This document shows positions 1 to 10,800 of a DNA stretch of 23,779 bases, piece after piece. The position numbers and the translations under genes are program-made. The stretch lies in assembly GCA_010015585.1 (NCBI GenBank), contig ML975192.1. One strand, written 5' to 3'. This DNA is from Eremomyces bilateralis CBS 781.70 (Eukaryota). Below the pieces are notes generated by a model. That model was not told where the DNA came from and searched no databases. It was given only the letters and a program-made list of their open reading frames with translations. Position 1 is the first letter of the stretch. Each line of letters begins with the position of its first letter.

Positions 1-272
1 TTTATGAAATATGAAAATGTCAATCCCGTAAGGATCAATTATATGGAATCGGGAAACCCCTGATCTGATTGCCACTTGCTACGATTTCAACTCATGAAAA
101 TATAAGATCCTATTAACGTCTTGGTCTCAGAAAAATTCAACTCCTTCATCACTCTTCCCACCTGCTTACGATATCATTCGCTGCAATAACACAAAGTGGA
201 ACAATTCTTGGGATTTGATGCTACATGTCCCAGCCAGCAAAGTGAGGCGCTTACTCAGTCTTGACTGCCAGC

Positions 273-1928
273 ATGGCCAAGAATATCATCGTCCAGCCAT
301 CTCCACTCGGGGGACGCGGAGTATTCGCCAGCAAATCCTTCAGCCCTGGTGAAGAGCTCTTTACGGTATCTCGACCTCTATTGTCATCGCTTGATGGCAT
401 ACGACTTCACGATACGTGCGTGAATTGCCTAAAATGGGATGGCGATGCGACTATTGGCGTTCAAGAGACTCCTTTAGAGTCTACTCTGAAGGCTTGCAGC
501 GGGTGCAAAATATTCAAGTATTGCCGCAAGGTATGTGCTTTTCGAACTGAAAATTTTGAGATGCAAATGTTTCATCGCTCGCCGACTGTGGTGGATAGAT
601 AGTCAAACTGGTCCTGGAGATTACATTGTCCTTCCGTTTTGCATACGTTGATCTTCGGGTTCACGTAGAGGTGCTAACTCCGTTTCCCAGGAGTGTCAAA
701 GAGAGCACTGGAGACTTATCCACAAGGTTCAATGTCCTTTCATCAGCAAACAAAAGAGATATCAAGATTATCCTGCCTCTGTGCGGGGCACGATGGACCT
801 GCTCCTCATGATTCCCAATCTTCAACTCCCGCAGAAACAAGCAATCGGAGAGCTCCTCTCACATATTGAGGAGCGAAGCAAAGGGGGTGAATGGGAGACG
901 ACCCAAGTCCTTGCCGTAGCGGCTTGCAAATTCGCTAAACGGCCAGACAACGACGCGGCCTTTGCTCTATCATTATACTGCAAGGTAGGTTAGAGAATGG
1001 ATAGGGGAGACACCACTGACAGAACCAGGTCATGACAAATGCCATCACCTTGGTTGGCAAAACTCTCGATCCACTGGGACTTTGCGTGGATCTTTTTGTA
1101 TCCTGTATCAACCATTCCTGCGATCCGAACGTATTCTTTGTCATGGATGGCCAGGCACTCTCCGCACGCTGCCTCAAGAAGATACAGGAAGGTGATGAAT
1201 TATCTATTTCATATGTGGAGCCCACCAATCCGACGATGATCAGACGTAAGGAGTTGAAAGAGAAATTCTTCTTCGACTGCAAGTGCCCAAAGTGTCTGAA
1301 CGAAGGAAATACTCCCGAGGATCGATTCCAAGGCGACAGCTCGACGGATGGGCCAGCGAAGAGGGTACAAGACGAGGCCTTCAACACCCTGTTTTCTGTG
1401 AGACGTGGAAAGGTTCTTCCGGAAAAGATCATTTCGGAACTGAAGAGGGCACTCGATCTCTGCCAACGAAGCGGTTTCTTCTCAATCGAGCGGCAGCCAA
1501 TACCTTCCATCTGCAGCGATCTCTACGTTGAACTCATGATGCAAGATCGTCACGACGAGTCATTTGAGCACGTATTCAAAATCTATACCGAAACCGATCC
1601 GAAATGGTATCCGAATTTTCATCCGGCACGTCTTGCCCATACCTATGTCCTAGCACGGTTGATGAAGTACTTCTGCTTCCAGCCTGGCCGCGAACCACAG
1701 GAACTAAGAGGCCATGACCTGCATCTGGTATATTACGGCCTCCTCCTTGAGATCGAGAGCAACCTCAACAAAAGCCACGGCCCGACTCATTCGTTCGCGA
1801 AAGGAGTGCGGGCGGAAATTAACATGCTTCGGGAAGAACTACAGCGCGATGCAATAGTCTCGATACATCGCGAGCTACCATCCATCATGACAGCGTTTCG
1901 TGGGCTGAAGAAGCAAATCACAAGGTGA
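273..1928 (+). CDS. SET and MYND domain (SMYD-type) lysine methyltransferase, ~483 aa; exons 273-530, 691-984, 1029-1928
   Basis: N-terminal SET motif GGRGVFA. The MYND finger (CVNC...CSGC...YCRK|ECQREHW..IHKVQC) is completed only by splicing GTATGT(531)...GCTAAC...CAG(690). The second intron is 985-1028. Also has INHSCDPN, ELSISY and post-SET FDCKCPKC. All junctions are phase 0 and in frame. Confidence 0.9.
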
Positions 1929-2675
1929 CGAGACGCAACAACCATTTCTGAAGCTAGAGTCTTTCGCAGCCTAGGAAATGATGAGATGCATGATGGGTGA
2001 GCAAATAGCAGACCGCCAGCGCAGAGCGTCGCATGAAAACGCAGTCGGAGCTAGATTTTGCTATGTGTATGGCAATTCGTTTACGGAGTACGGTATTCTG
2101 ATATCCGAAAAGTGTCAGTCCGTCTTCTGTTACTTCGTAGTAGTACATAGTACTGAGTAAGAAGAGCTGCATATCAATGTGACGATTATCGGATGGCTGG
2201 TGTCGCCCAGGTCTCTGCAAAGAAAACAAACCTGATAACGCTGCCCTGGAAACCATCTACCAATGACGTCGATTGGCTTACAATCAATCACCACTTCTGC
2301 TGTCCCATGGAAACCAACCATCCGTCCGCTCAGACCTCACTCTGTTTCACCTGATTCCACACGCCAGTCCAGGTATGATTGTCCGTATGACACTCCCTGG
2401 GCGAATTGATAGGCACAAACGCTCCGTCGATGCGGCAGTGCAGATGACTCCCGCACTAAGGACGGTATGCCGACTTGGCACCATCTATCCTCGAGCCATG
2501 TTCCTATCTTAAGTTGGCCCTCTTCATCATAGAAGCATTTTACCCAAGTCCTAAGATACTTACTTGCCCGTACTCTCGAAAGTCTTCCTGTTGTTTTCCT
2601 TCCCTGACCTGCCGGGCGATTTGGTTGTGTCTCTATCTGGCCGAGTCCCCTTATTGTCGAATCAAGTTGATCGCC

Positions 2676-3644
2676 ATGCGGAGTTCATTAGTCTCGTCGT
2701 TGTTCATATTTGTCTCGAGCGTTGTTGCCTGGGGAGATGTGGGTCATCGAACAGTTGGCTACCTTGCGGAGAAGTACTTCAGCGACGAAGGAAAAGAATT
2801 TGTACATTCCCTCCTTGCGAATGAAAACGATTGGGACATCTCCGATGCGGCTACTTGGGCCGATGTAATCAAGTATCACCGACCTTACTCAAGGGAATGG
2901 CACTATATCGGTAAGAGTCAAACCCTCATCCTGACGGCTTTGTGCTGACGCAATTCCGGTCCCGAAGATGCCAAAGATGACCCTCCACACCATTGCGACC
3001 TCCAACTCCTCCGAGATTGCCCTCAAGATGGCTGCATCATTTCCCAAATCGTCAACCAGACAAACCTGGTCCTGGACACAAGCAACAGTCACACCACTCG
3101 ACGAGAAGCGCTGATGTATATTATCCACTTCATCGGAGATCTACACCAACCGCTCCACACGGAGAGGATGGCGCGCGGGGGAAACGGGATCCACACATGT
3201 TTCGACCACCGTTGCAGCCGGGAGAATCTTCATGGGATTTGGGATACCGATATCGTACACAAGCTCAACGGTCTCCGGCACTCCGAGAAACACGACACGC
3301 TGAAAGACGCGGCGGCAAAATGGGGCAGGGTGCTGTTTGATCAGGCGCAAGGCCAAAGTGCTCAAGCTGAAGAGTGCAACGATGTGAAGGAACCGGAACA
3401 TTGCGCGCTTGCCTGGGGACAGGAGGCGAACGGACTTGTTTGCAGCTATGTGATGAAGCCTGGTGTCGAGTGGTTGGAGAAGAATGACCTTGGTGGGGAG
3501 TATTTTGAAGGCGCGGCTCCTATTGTCGCGGCTCAAATCAGCAGAGCCGGGACCAGGTTGGGGGCATATGTGAACGCACTCGCAGCAGAAATTGCGAAAG
3601 GAACACCGGCGATTCCAGTTGCGGGGAAACGATTCGATTTATGA
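2676..3644 (+). CDS. Secreted S1/P1 nuclease, ~303 aa; exons 2676-2910, 2968-3644
   Basis: Signal peptide followed by the mature N-terminus WGDVGH. Motifs ATWAD, WHYI|DAKDDPP (restored by intron GTAAGA 2911...CTGAC...AAG 2967), HFIGDLHQPLH, NLHGIWD and AGTRL are the Zn ligands and conserved blocks of the S1/P1 family. Confidence 0.93.
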
Positions 3645-4135
3645 TCTAAGTGCAGTACTCACCATTTCCTTTCCGGGGGCATGGAAGCGGCGGTACATTT
3701 CAAGTAGAACTCCTAGATATGTGTCTCTAGCGGTTGATTGACCTGTATGCAGCAGGGTCCTATGCCACGGTCATAATTTGATGAATTCCATACCCGGACA
3801 TCAGGATTTCCAATTCACATCATGTACGATACTCACTACAGATGGAATAATCAGATTGCATAATCGCGTGCAGAAAGCGCATAGGCACGTGATCACGCGA
3901 CAACCCAACTTCATCGTGTTCGGCGTGTCCTATTCACAGCGTCACTGTTGCCACGCTGTTTCTCAGTTTTCTCTTATACATTTAGCTCACTCATAGACAT
4001 CAGACACCAGATTCCTCTATCTCCGGTACCACAGTGCATGTATGGCTATACATAGGACTTAGCTGTTCGTTTGCGGGACCCTGCGACCCGAGGTGACAGT
4101 CCCTGTTGGATTCGAGACCACAGGTCGAATCGTCA

Positions 4136-6736
4136 ATGTTTCGGAATCCTCGAGAGAATGCTCTTCGTCCTCCCTCAAAGCATATTCGTCCTTCCATAGG
4201 TCGACCACCTTCTCCCATGCGGGGTTTCACGCAAAGCCAACTCGATCCCTCTTCTGCTTCGGCCCCGAAATCCGCTCCATTATCCAGCCCGAGAACAACC
4301 CACATGCCTACCGTCCAACCCAAACCGACTCCATTACAAGTCCGGCCTCCCCCCAAGTCGAATCCTATGTTCAAACCCCGAGACCACTCAAAATCCAAGG
4401 TCAGGCAGAACGGCAATATTCTATCGTTCTTCAAAAAAGCCGAGGAGAAGGCGACTGCTCTCTTTGTTCCAGGGGCGTCTCGAGACGTGGATCAATCTGC
4501 CGTTCCTTCATTCGAAGATACTCCTATCCCCATCGAACGGTACAACGAATGTAATGGAAGTGTCAAAAGACGAAAGACAGGCACTGAGGGATCGACGGAG
4601 CCGAGCATCTCAGCTTCCCAAAGCACGGCTGCTGAAAGCGCTTCCGACCGGAACGTTGAGGGAGAACATAAAAATACCCCTTCAAAACGAAACGGAAGCC
4701 TTGGTTATCACAGGTCCCGTCGAGGGCCATTTGCATTAGACAGTGACAGCGAAGACGATGGATACGAGGAGGGAGGAAGCATTGGCGAGAGGGCTGAAGG
4801 CCTAATGGGGCAGAATATTGATCAGGCCGTTCCCCCACCTGGAAATTCCTGCGACGATGAATCACAGCGGGCATTCAAAAATTTACATCGCGACACTGTA
4901 AATGAGAAATATAGGAAAGATCATGTTGGCGAAATTGAAGCAGAGCTGAACGATGACGATTGGTTTGATGGCGTACCTCCTGAGGGCATACAAGAAGAAT
5001 GGTCGGACATAGAACCAAAAGAGTTGAACGAGGAAGGGGATGAGGCATCAGTCTTTCCGGAGAACCTGGCATGTCCAATATGTGCTTGCAGCTTAGAACG
5101 ATCTTCCCCTGAACAAGCATCCATTCATGTCAACAGCTGCCTCGACAGACCCTCAGCCGGAGAGCCGAACGAACCAAAACCCGAGTCTGATTCTAAGGAT
5201 ATCCCATCTCCCCGGATCGTTCGCCCTCCCAAACCGGCTCAACGAAGTCCTTTCACACCTGGACTCCTTGGGCCAAAGGATAGCTCGGCGTTCACGAAAA
5301 TCATGTCCAGTCATGCTGAGAATACTGCGTGGAAAAATGCAGCCGTGGCAGAATCCGCGTCCAAAGGAAGACCTTCTTATCAGCGGACGTGTCCGTTTTA
5401 CAAGATCATCCCCGGGTTCTCTATTTGCGTTGATGCGTTCCGATACGGGGCCGTACAAGGGTGCGAGGCATATTTTCTGAGCCATTTCCATAGCGACCAC
5501 TACATTGGGCTGACTGCTAGTTGGAATCACGGCCCGATCTACTGCAGCAAAGTCACGGGAAACTTGGTTCGTCAACAGCTTAAAGTCAACCCGAAGTATA
5601 TCATCGACTTGGAGTTCGAGAAGCGGGCAAGCGTCCCAAATACAAACGGGGTATCTGTCACCATGATACCAGCAAACCACTGTCCCGGGAGTTCTCTGTT
5701 CTTGTTTGAAAAGGTCTCCACGAAAGCCAGTCGTAGTCGAACGCAACGCATCTTGCACTGCGGCGACTTTCGAGCCTCTCGTGAACAGCTCGAACACCCT
5801 CTCCTCAGATCCGATGTCCTAGATCCGGTGTCTGGCTCGGTTCGGCAACAGAAAATTGATGTGTGCTACCTGGATACAACCTACCTGAACCCACGATACG
5901 CCTTCCCAGATCAGTCTGAAGTCATATCCGTATGCGCAGAAATGTGTGCAAGTCTTAGCAAGGAGAAAAAAGACCTCCGCGATGGCTGGGAACAAGTTAA
6001 GCGCGGAAAGGCGGACAAACGCATGGAGGCATTCATTCAAAGGAATCCACAGGAGCCTGGCCACAAACCATTACCCCGAGATGAGTCGAGAGGAAAGCTT
6101 CTCGTGGTGGTCGGAACTTACAGCATTGGAAAAGAGCGCCTGTGCGTTGGGATTGCACGGGCGCTGGGGAGTAAGATCTTTGCTCCGGCCGCGAAACGAC
6201 GAATCTGTGGCTGCCTGGAAGACCCAGAGCTTTCATCGCTTCTCACCAAAGATCCTAAAGACGCTCAAGTGCATATGGTGCCTATGTTTGAGATCCGCTC
6301 AGACACGCTTGCGGAGTATATGGCCTCTCATGCGGGCACCTTTACTCGCGCCGTTGCATTTCGTCCAACAGGCTGGACATATCGACCTCCAGGTTTCCGG
6401 TCTACCGACTCTCCCACTGTCCCGAACGTACTGTTTGGAGACACTTGGAAAACGAGTTTTTCCTTGAAAGATCTAGTAGCTCAGAGAGGAAGCACTGAGA
6501 ATGTCGGTTGCTTCGGCGTACCATACTCCGAGCACAGCTCGTTTAGAGAGCTGACCATTTTTTGCTGCGCATTGAATATTGACCGAATCATACCAACGGT
6601 CAATGTCGGAGATCCCAAGAGCCGGGAGCGAATGAAGGCATGGTTGGACAAGTGTGCTGCTTTCTCACAGCGAAATCCGGACTCATTTCTACGCATAGCA
6701 GAATGTATGAGCAGGGGTGGCAATGGCAACGTTTGA
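4136..6736 (+). CDS. PSO2: DNA cross-link repair nuclease PSO2/SNM1 (UBZ finger + metallo-beta-lactamase/beta-CASP)
   Basis: Long intronless ORF; first in-frame ATG at 4136 with an upstream TGA at 4094. UBZ-type CPIC...HVNSCLD, then CPFYK, VDAFRYG, HFHSDHYIGL, ANHCPGS, HCGDFR, YLDTTY, GTYSIGKE, FRPTGW, VPYSEHSS and IIPTVN. Confidence 0.93.
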   Translation: MFRNPRENALRPPSKHIRPSIGRPPSPMRGFTQSQLDPSSASAPKSAPLSSPRTTHMPTVQPKPTPLQVRPPPKSNPMFKPRDHSKSKVRQNGNILSFFKKAEEKATALFVPGASRDVDQSAVPSFEDTPIPIERYNECNGSVKRRKTGTEGSTEPSISASQSTAAESASDRNVEGEHKNTPSKRNGSLGYHRSRRGPFALDSDSEDDGYEEGGSIGERAEGLMGQNIDQAVPPPGNSCDDESQRAFKNLHRDTVNEKYRKDHVGEIEAELNDDDWFDGVPPEGIQEEWSDIEPKELNEEGDEASVFPENLACPICACSLERSSPEQASIHVNSCLDRPSAGEPNEPKPESDSKDIPSPRIVRPPKPAQRSPFTPGLLGPKDSSAFTKIMSSHAENTAWKNAAVAESASKGRPSYQRTCPFYKIIPGFSICVDAFRYGAVQGCEAYFLSHFHSDHYIGLTASWNHGPIYCSKVTGNLVRQQLKVNPKYIIDLEFEKRASVPNTNGVSVTMIPANHCPGSSLFLFEKVSTKASRSRTQRILHCGDFRASREQLEHPLLRSDVLDPVSGSVRQQKIDVCYLDTTYLNPRYAFPDQSEVISVCAEMCASLSKEKKDLRDGWEQVKRGKADKRMEAFIQRNPQEPGHKPLPRDESRGKLLVVVGTYSIGKERLCVGIARALGSKIFAPAAKRRICGCLEDPELSSLLTKDPKDAQVHMVPMFEIRSDTLAEYMASHAGTFTRAVAFRPTGWTYRPPGFRSTDSPTVPNVLFGDTWKTSFSLKDLVAQRGSTENVGCFGVPYSEHSSFRELTIFCCALNIDRIIPTVNVGDPKSRERMKAWLDKCAAFSQRNPDSFLRIAECMSRGGNGNV

Positions 6737-6851
6737 AAACGTTCGGAATGAAATAGCATAAACGACGTCAGCCGAATCTATGTGAATATGTACAGTGGCC
6801 AACAACTGTAGAATGTATCGTCTCCCACTAACATGCCATTGTACCTGTGCC

Positions 6852-7543
6852 TCATGATAACCTCTCCCGTGCGGCGGCTTCCTCTCTTGCTCGCATGTTG
6901 CTTGCAATCTTCGCATCCACCTCTCGGCTTTTTATCTCGTAATGCTCAACCAGCTTATCCAGGTTAATACCATGTCCGGCAGGGACGTTGTAGGGTGAGC
7001 CGGCATTGAAGACCCTATCAAAACCCAATTAGTTTGTTTCTCCTGAGAACCGTTGATTCGGAAATATGATGTCCCTGAGAGAGCAACGGTATCAACAATA
7101 GAAGCTAGCGGACGTACTCTGCACCGTTCAATTCACTTGGACCCCGGTACTTCGAGTTGACAATGATGTTCCTGTCCTCTCGTGCTTGCTGGATGTAGGC
7201 CGACCTCAACGCATTCGTCTCCGCCCATTTATTCTGCCAATGCCCGTATGATTCGATCCATCGCGTAATGAAGGGTTTCTCGCCGGATGCGAGAATGTTG
7301 TACAGGAGAGCTCCGGTGGGAATCGCTGCAAGCGTAACCCAAAATCCTTTCTGTCTTATTGTTAGCGATGATATACACAGGACACAATATGAGCAAGGTG
7401 CCTAAGCATACCCCGAGGGACTCGTTCACGGGCTCGGAATGATGGGATCCATGACTGTCGCCGGCGAATCGACGAGTAGTTCTTGGGAGTAGAGATCGGG
7501 TCTGTTGAAAGGCTTTCCAGCCTGAATTGGCAAGGGGTCTCAT
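6852..7543 (-). CDS. Mitochondrial NADH:ubiquinone oxidoreductase 17.8 kDa accessory subunit, ~175 aa; exons 7543-7412, 7350-7118, 7014-6852
   Basis: Not shown whole in the ORF track. Splicing out 7411-7351 and 7117-7015 gives an Arg-rich presequence ...TRRFAGDSHGSHH..NESLG-KGFWVTLAAIP..ITRWI..NAL..QQAREDR..EVFNAGSPYNVPAG..LDKLVEHY. This matches, from memory, the Neurospora 17.8 kDa subunit (NEELGTAFY..AIP..EVFQHGSARNVPAG..LDKVVE). Confidence 0.88.
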
Positions 7544-7681
7544 CGTTGCATTTCAAGCCAAGGATGAACGACAATCGCGACAAAGGGGATCTGTCGAGGG
7601 CAATTAATGGAAGCAATTGAGACGCACATCCAACTCATTCCCACCAGTTACAGTTCCACGAAGTTGAGGTTTGGGTGTTGC

Positions 7682-8058
7682 GCACGTGACGAGGGGTGAG
7701 CTTAATGCTGTCACGTGCAGATTAGATCCATGACTACTGTAGTACTGTTTAGAACATCTCCAAGTCGGAAGTCTTTACAGTTTATGGAGCACGGAATACA
7801 CCGCACGGGTTTCCTCATCGGGCTTGATTTCATTTTAACCAGAAGGGTATTATGGATCATCAGAAGATGGTGGTTCTTTAGACATCCTTCTGGTCTGGTA
7901 AACTGCGTATCAATATTGACAAGATGGGAACAAGACCGAGGGAATATTACGGTAAGGTAGAGACCCGATTATTACATAATTCCACCATAGCAAGGATTAT
8001 AGCGCACGTGACTCCACACGTGACGGGTCATACGCCACACAAACCGTCCAGTCACGTT
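7682..8058. promoter_or_regulatory. Cluster of GTCACGTG/CACGTGAC E-boxes in a divergent promoter
   Basis: Perfect sites at 7683-7690, 7710-7717, 8005-8012 and 8017-8024, with a near match at 8051. The motif equals the Cbf1-type bHLH consensus and sits between two divergently transcribed genes. Confidence 0.6.
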
Positions 8059-8319
8059 CCAAAGCTGCAATTCTTTTGCTGTGAGAAATGTGACGCATCG
8101 AATCTGACGATCCAATCCCTACCCACACCATAACTGTATAGACGATACAGACGATACAGTCTACAGACATACCGTATCAACCTGTGCTACGGGATCCACC
8201 ATCCGATGCTTTTCCACATTCCGACCGACAATGTTCTGATCCCTCCTGACTCACCGTCACCAATGCCCGCATAGTCGGATTGACCGTCCAAACGTTGCGA
8301 CTTGGGAGTCCAGCCGGAG

Positions 8320-9549
8320 ATGCCACCCTCATCTTCCCTTCCACCTTCCGCCTCCGCCATATCGCATACATCTCCCAGCCCACCATCCACGTCAAGGTCC
8401 TCAACAGGAACCGATTCGATCCCTCCCAGCTCTACCCCTCGTCCGCAATCAACTCCCACAGAATCCAAATCCGCCTCGCCCTCGAGTAGACAGTCGCAAA
8501 CACCATCGCCACCACGACCTCCAGTATCGCCTTTGACTCCCACCGCGAAGTTGGCGTCTTTGGCGCCCTTAATCACTAACCCCAATCCGACCACACTGAG
8601 CACTGAGCGTGCATCAGACACGGAAAGCTCATTGCTAGGGCGGTGCTCTCGACCAACACCTCCGGACGTGGAATGGATAACACAACCAACCCCTATGGCC
8701 GTTGACGAATCCGAGAATCCCGATGCCATCGCCGTCAAGGCCGCAATATCGGTCTTGCAGATCCAACGGGCAAAGGCGCAAAAGGATATCCAATCCCTAG
8801 CTCGTATCCGCGACCGCGCAGTCGATGATCCCGTGGAGTTTGCGCAAGCTATGCAGCAACGAGCACGAAGTGGCCGTGGTGAAGAGTCTCTTCTGGATCC
8901 GACACTGGACGATTGGAAGGACGAAGAAAGTACTACAGGTGACGATGTTGCGATGACAGGCGCGGAAGAATATGGAGAGAGTCCAGTCGACAGCAACCTC
9001 CCAGCACGACCAGGTTCAGATGCCACCTTTTCGGAGCTTCCTCGACCGCAAAATGTGGTTCGATGTCCAGCCATCAACTGGGGCAAATATGGCATTGTCG
9101 GTACCACCTTCGACAAGATGCATGCGGAGCAACTCGCTCGGCCGACTCTCAACGAACCGATTATGCTTACACCTTTTGATCCGTCATCACCGAATGTATC
9201 AACGTCCCACGCCAGTCAGTCCGGCGCCAGTCATCGATCATCATTAGCAACACCAGGGGCAGTTGGTCCTTTTCACCCTGATGAGGGTAATAGTCCGCTT
9301 CCATCATCAGGTCACGATTTCTCCAAAGGAACGCACCCGCTATTGAAGCAGCAGTTCGACTATTTCGGGCGAGCCCCAGCCCATGTGCTTGCCGGCCCGG
9401 TCGACCCTATGGAGACAGCCGAGCAAGAGCGCGTGGGTATGAAGGTCGGGGGTTGGGGGAATCTGCCGCCCAGTGCCTTGCACGGCGCGCACCCCAACGG
9501 ACGATCCGTGGGGAAAGACGGGCGAAAACCTGCCAAGAAAGGCAATTAG
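8320..9549 (+). CDS. Conserved fungal protein, largely S/P-rich and disordered, with a ZZZ3/Ahc2-like helical domain
   Basis: Long open frame with first ATG at 8320. Ordered block NPDAIAVKAAISVLQIQRAKAQKDIQSL...AVDDPVEF...LPRPQNVVRCPAINWGKY and a basic C-terminus GRKPAKKGN. The gene is well supported; the family assignment is from memory. Confidence 0.75.
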   Translation: MPPSSSLPPSASAISHTSPSPPSTSRSSTGTDSIPPSSTPRPQSTPTESKSASPSSRQSQTPSPPRPPVSPLTPTAKLASLAPLITNPNPTTLSTERASDTESSLLGRCSRPTPPDVEWITQPTPMAVDESENPDAIAVKAAISVLQIQRAKAQKDIQSLARIRDRAVDDPVEFAQAMQQRARSGRGEESLLDPTLDDWKDEESTTGDDVAMTGAEEYGESPVDSNLPARPGSDATFSELPRPQNVVRCPAINWGKYGIVGTTFDKMHAEQLARPTLNEPIMLTPFDPSSPNVSTSHASQSGASHRSSLATPGAVGPFHPDEGNSPLPSSGHDFSKGTHPLLKQQFDYFGRAPAHVLAGPVDPMETAEQERVGMKVGGWGNLPPSALHGAHPNGRSVGKDGRKPAKKGN

Positions 9550-9826
9550 AACATCACGGCACGGGACTATCTACATTTACGAGGCGTACGATTGACTTTT
9601 CAAGTCAGGGCTGATGTGTATGATTCATACGAATGATGAAATCGACCGGAGTAACACAGAGGGCTGCATTATTGGAGTTGAATAGATTGGTCGGCTCTCT
9701 TCGGAGCTAGCTTGTACTATGCATTGGAAGTGAGATTATTAGTTGGTTCAACGGAACCTGATATGGCCGTCAATAGAGCTATGTTCCACGAAATCATCCA
9801 GGGCTTGTCCATCAGTCACTCAATCT

Positions 9827-10800
9827 TTATCCTTCCTTGACCACTTGCGTCCTCCTTCGTCTTCCAACAATGCATCCTCCACACCAGATGATAGCCGATA
9901 GAAACATGAGTCCAGTTGCCGCCCATGAAATCCCCAAGAATTTGGCACCCTGCTTTGCTTCGATCCCGATATTCTCTCCGTACTTGTTGATGACATTCGT
10001 GCCTTTGACGATCAGTGTAGTCGTAATCGCGGAAGCGATGCCGTAGGCTAGGAAAGCCAGCATTGCAATGACAAGGTTAACGAGCGCAGCCACTCGGCCC
10101 CGCCCTACACCTCGACCAGAACTGATAATAAACCAGAGGGGAAAGATCATTGCGAAGAATGAGAGGGCGATTCCGATACAGAATAAAATGAATGCAGCTT
10201 GAAACAACCCTGCCAACGCATCCAGTCCATTTTGAAGCTCATCGGGAAATCGGAGGTCGTCCAAACTGATGTCGATACCGCTCTTGTTAAGGGTCTCCTC
10301 GAGAATATCGGCGAGGTCGAAGCTGAACGATGCTGTACGGTTGGAGCACTCGGTAACGTTTTTATCAAAATCCGATTCCAACAAGGTGGCATTCGGCACG
10401 CTGTTCGGGCCATACGACCCTGTGCAATAATCCATCATGTGGACCGAATAGAAATCATTGATGCCAAGCTCCTCAGTGAGGTCGGTTATACCAGCATCAA
10501 TCTTATCATCAATCCATCCGGTGACACGGTCGGTCACATTACTCAGAAGGCCGCTTAGTAGACCATCTGAGCCCTCGTTGCTCGGCGTGGGGTTTAGATC
10601 AATCAGATTCTGCAGCATCTGGGACGTGTTCACCTGCAAGCATATTAGAAAAGTGGTATGTCAAGGCTACGGTGTTAACTTACATTGATGAGATCATAGT
10701 CCTCCATGACATCTGGCTGGCTTCCTGCAAAGATGCAGAGGAACCCTAGGACGCATGCTACGATAGACGCAAGTATGGGAAATAGTCCAAGCCACCTCAT
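9827..10800 (-). CDS. SUR7/PalI family membrane protein, ~307 aa; exons 10800-10684, 10633-9827
   Basis: N-terminal TM helix ending LCIFAGS; intron GTAAGT(10683)...CTAAT...CAG(10634); then NTS, LGINDFYSVHMMDYCTG, NVTECS, three further TM helices, GAKFLGISWAA and a basic tail. Confidence 0.9.

Noticed and set aside
1978..2101. Possible C/D snoRNA (ATGATGA...CTGA)
   Set aside because: It lies in the likely 3' UTR of the SMYD gene, has a weak terminal stem and no recognisable rRNA-complementary guide.
3627..3644. C-terminal KRFDL of the S1/P1 nuclease as an ER-retention signal
   Set aside because: It does not match HDEL/KDEL closely enough to support.
2676..6736. S1/P1 nuclease + PSO2 (+ distant helicase) as a DNA-repair gene cluster
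   Set aside because: The S1/P1 enzyme has a signal peptide (secreted) and the helicase belongs to the transposon. Adjacency is most simply chance.
7838..7894. Inverted repeat ACCAGAAGG...CCTTCTGGT as a possible ncRNA hairpin
   Set aside because: Only a 9-11 bp stem with a long loop and no snoRNA/snRNA boxes; compatible with chance.
8140..8159. AGACGATAC tandem repeat
   Set aside because: Two copies of a 9-mer in a probable 5' UTR; ordinary slippage, not an array.
8187..9152. 321-aa antisense ORF, and other long shadow ORFs (935-1510, 5153-5797, 23257-23763)
   Set aside because: They overlap well-supported genes on the opposite strand, mostly have non-ATG starts, and show no recognisable motifs.
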